From contig JAEZRL010000510.1 in NCBI GenBank assembly GCA_023440945.1, positions 1-34,644 on the forward strand: a stretch of DNA of 34,644 nucleotides. Direction: 5' to 3'. Both the position numbers and the translations under genes were made by a program. This DNA comes from Bacteroidota bacterium. Its GTDB lineage: Bacteria > Bacteroidota > Bacteroidia > Chitinophagales > Chitinophagaceae. The notes beneath the pieces are model-generated. The model ran no database searches, was not told the origin of the DNA, and saw nothing but the letters and a program-made list of their open reading frames with translations. Shown piece by piece: positions 34,029 through 34,644 of the stretch. Each line of letters opens with the position of its first letter. Position 1 is the first letter of the stretch.

Positions 34029-34108
34029 TTGTTTAATAATGAACAGAACCTTGAAGTGAGTGACACAAGAGGCGATGCCATAAAAAGCCGGTGCCGGGAA
34101 CATAAAAA
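34029..34108 (+). repeat. Intergenic repeat family, copy C
   Basis: Plus-strand core GAAGTGAGTGACACAAG (34053-34069), with TTGTTTAATAATGAACAGAACCTT upstream and GCCGGGAAC-ATAAAAA downstream. Confidence 0.8.
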
Positions 34109-34149
34109 TTATTTTCGTTCAAAATATTTTTAGAAGATTGATCATAAAA

Positions 34150-34184
34150 CAAAAAGGATGAGACCTTACGCCTCATCCTTTTTA
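34150..34184. terminator. Bidirectional terminator
   Basis: A-run, AGGATGAG-accttacgc-CTCATCCT, T-run. Lies 18 nt beyond the stop of the minus-strand acyl-CoA dehydrogenase gene. Confidence 0.8.
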
Positions 34185-34201
34185 TAAGGATGCTTTACAA
34201 G

Positions 34202-34644
34202 CTAATAACAATATTCTCCTTTTTCAATCATCTTATCAGCTATTCTTCTTCTTGCATCTTTTGAATTAAATGCATCTGTTTTGGTGAAACGTTTTAAACC
34301 TATCAGCGTCATTTTCAATTCATCACCTTCTGCAAATGCATTCAAAGCATCTTTGCCGGCTTTGTTTATTTTATCAGCCGCATCATATAAATAAGTCTGC
34401 ATAATATCTTTATAAAGCTCAACTGCTTCGTCGCCTTTTTGTTCGGTAAGTTTCATTGCACGAAGCAAAGCGCTTTCCGCATTAAATGTTTCAATCGCCA
34501 TATCGGCAATATTCATCAATAATTCCTGTTCTTTATCAAGCTTCATCATCAGTTTTTGAACCGCCGCACCTGCCACCATTAATATTGCTTTTTTAAAGTT
34601 GGCGATATATTTTTTCTCTTTTGAGAATGCAGCTTCATCATTAC
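34202..34644 (-). CDS. Acyl-CoA dehydrogenase family protein, C-terminal part (5' end outside the window)
   Basis: The frame stays open to the window edge (..NDEAAFSKEKKYIANFKKAILMVAGAAVQKLMMKL..). EQELLMNIADMAIETFNAESALLR and the C-terminal helical tail are typical of long FadE-like ACADs. Confidence 0.75.
   Translation of the reverse strand, partial: NDEAAFSKEKKYIANFKKAILMVAGAAVQKLMMKLDKEQELLMNIADMAIETFNAESALLRAMKLTEQKGDEAVELYKDIMQTYLYDAADKINKAGKDALNAFAEGDELKMTLIGLKRFTKTDAFNSKDARRRIADKMIEKGEYCY

Noticed and set aside
33765-34103. 112-aa minus-strand ORF overlapping the 3' part of the lipocalin-like gene and repeat copy C.
   Set aside because: It is antisense to a better-supported gene, has low-complexity Ile/Phe-rich composition, and starts inside the repeat. 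It is most likely a chance ORF in AT-rich DNA.
1-34644. The window as a genomic island, prophage, CRISPR-Cas locus or defence locus.
   Set aside because: I found no phage, conjugation, transposase, restriction-modification, toxin-antitoxin or cas-like translations. Composition looks uniform by eye, and the gene content is typical core or accessory metabolism and envelope functions.

Overview
AT-rich chromosomal segment with a Bacteroidota signature: CarboxypepD_reg/TonB-type outer-membrane proteins, DUF2911, DUF6580, a GH33 sialidase, and A-rich leaders without Shine-Dalgarno sequences. It holds about 32 protein genes and 2 tRNAs, mostly housekeeping, envelope or transport. In order: recA (3' end), adk, tRNA-Gly/tRNA-Leu, a GT2 glycosyltransferase, a Cys-rich Rrf2 regulator followed by DUF2490-pstSCAB (no phoU), a CDF transporter, DUF2911, an ECF sigma/anti-sigma pair, a vWA protein, xerD, a YkgJ-type Cys-cluster protein, yraN, manA, DUF6580, rnhA, a large OM beta-barrel, PhzF, and a PIF1-like helicase. 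These are followed by a nitrosative-stress/Fe-S repair-type cluster (2xDUF2249-RIC fusion, DUF1858-DUF2249 protein, 12-TM heme-copper-oxidase-like protein, DUF59), a sialidase with a Tat-exported Gfo/Idh/MocA oxidoreductase, a lipocalin-like lipoprotein, and the 3' end of an acyl-CoA dehydrogenase. I see no prophage, IS element, CRISPR array or recognisable defence island. The most unusual signal is non-coding. At least eight intergenic repeats of ~80-115 nt share a 17-nt core GAAGTG(A/T)G(T/C)GAC(A/G)CAA(C/G). The core shows palindrome-preserving covariation, the units have T-run/A-run inverted termini, and their placement relative to start codons and gene ends is non-random. I cannot match this family to any element I know. 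Secondary leads are the architecture of the NO/Fe-S cluster with a CRP/FNR-spaced palindrome upstream, a perfect inverted repeat between the Rrf2 gene and the pst-like operon, an in-frame TAG cutting off the conserved N-terminus of the ECF sigma factor, and a long imperfect hairpin downstream of xerD. All family assignments come from reading the translations and recalling motifs. No database search was run.
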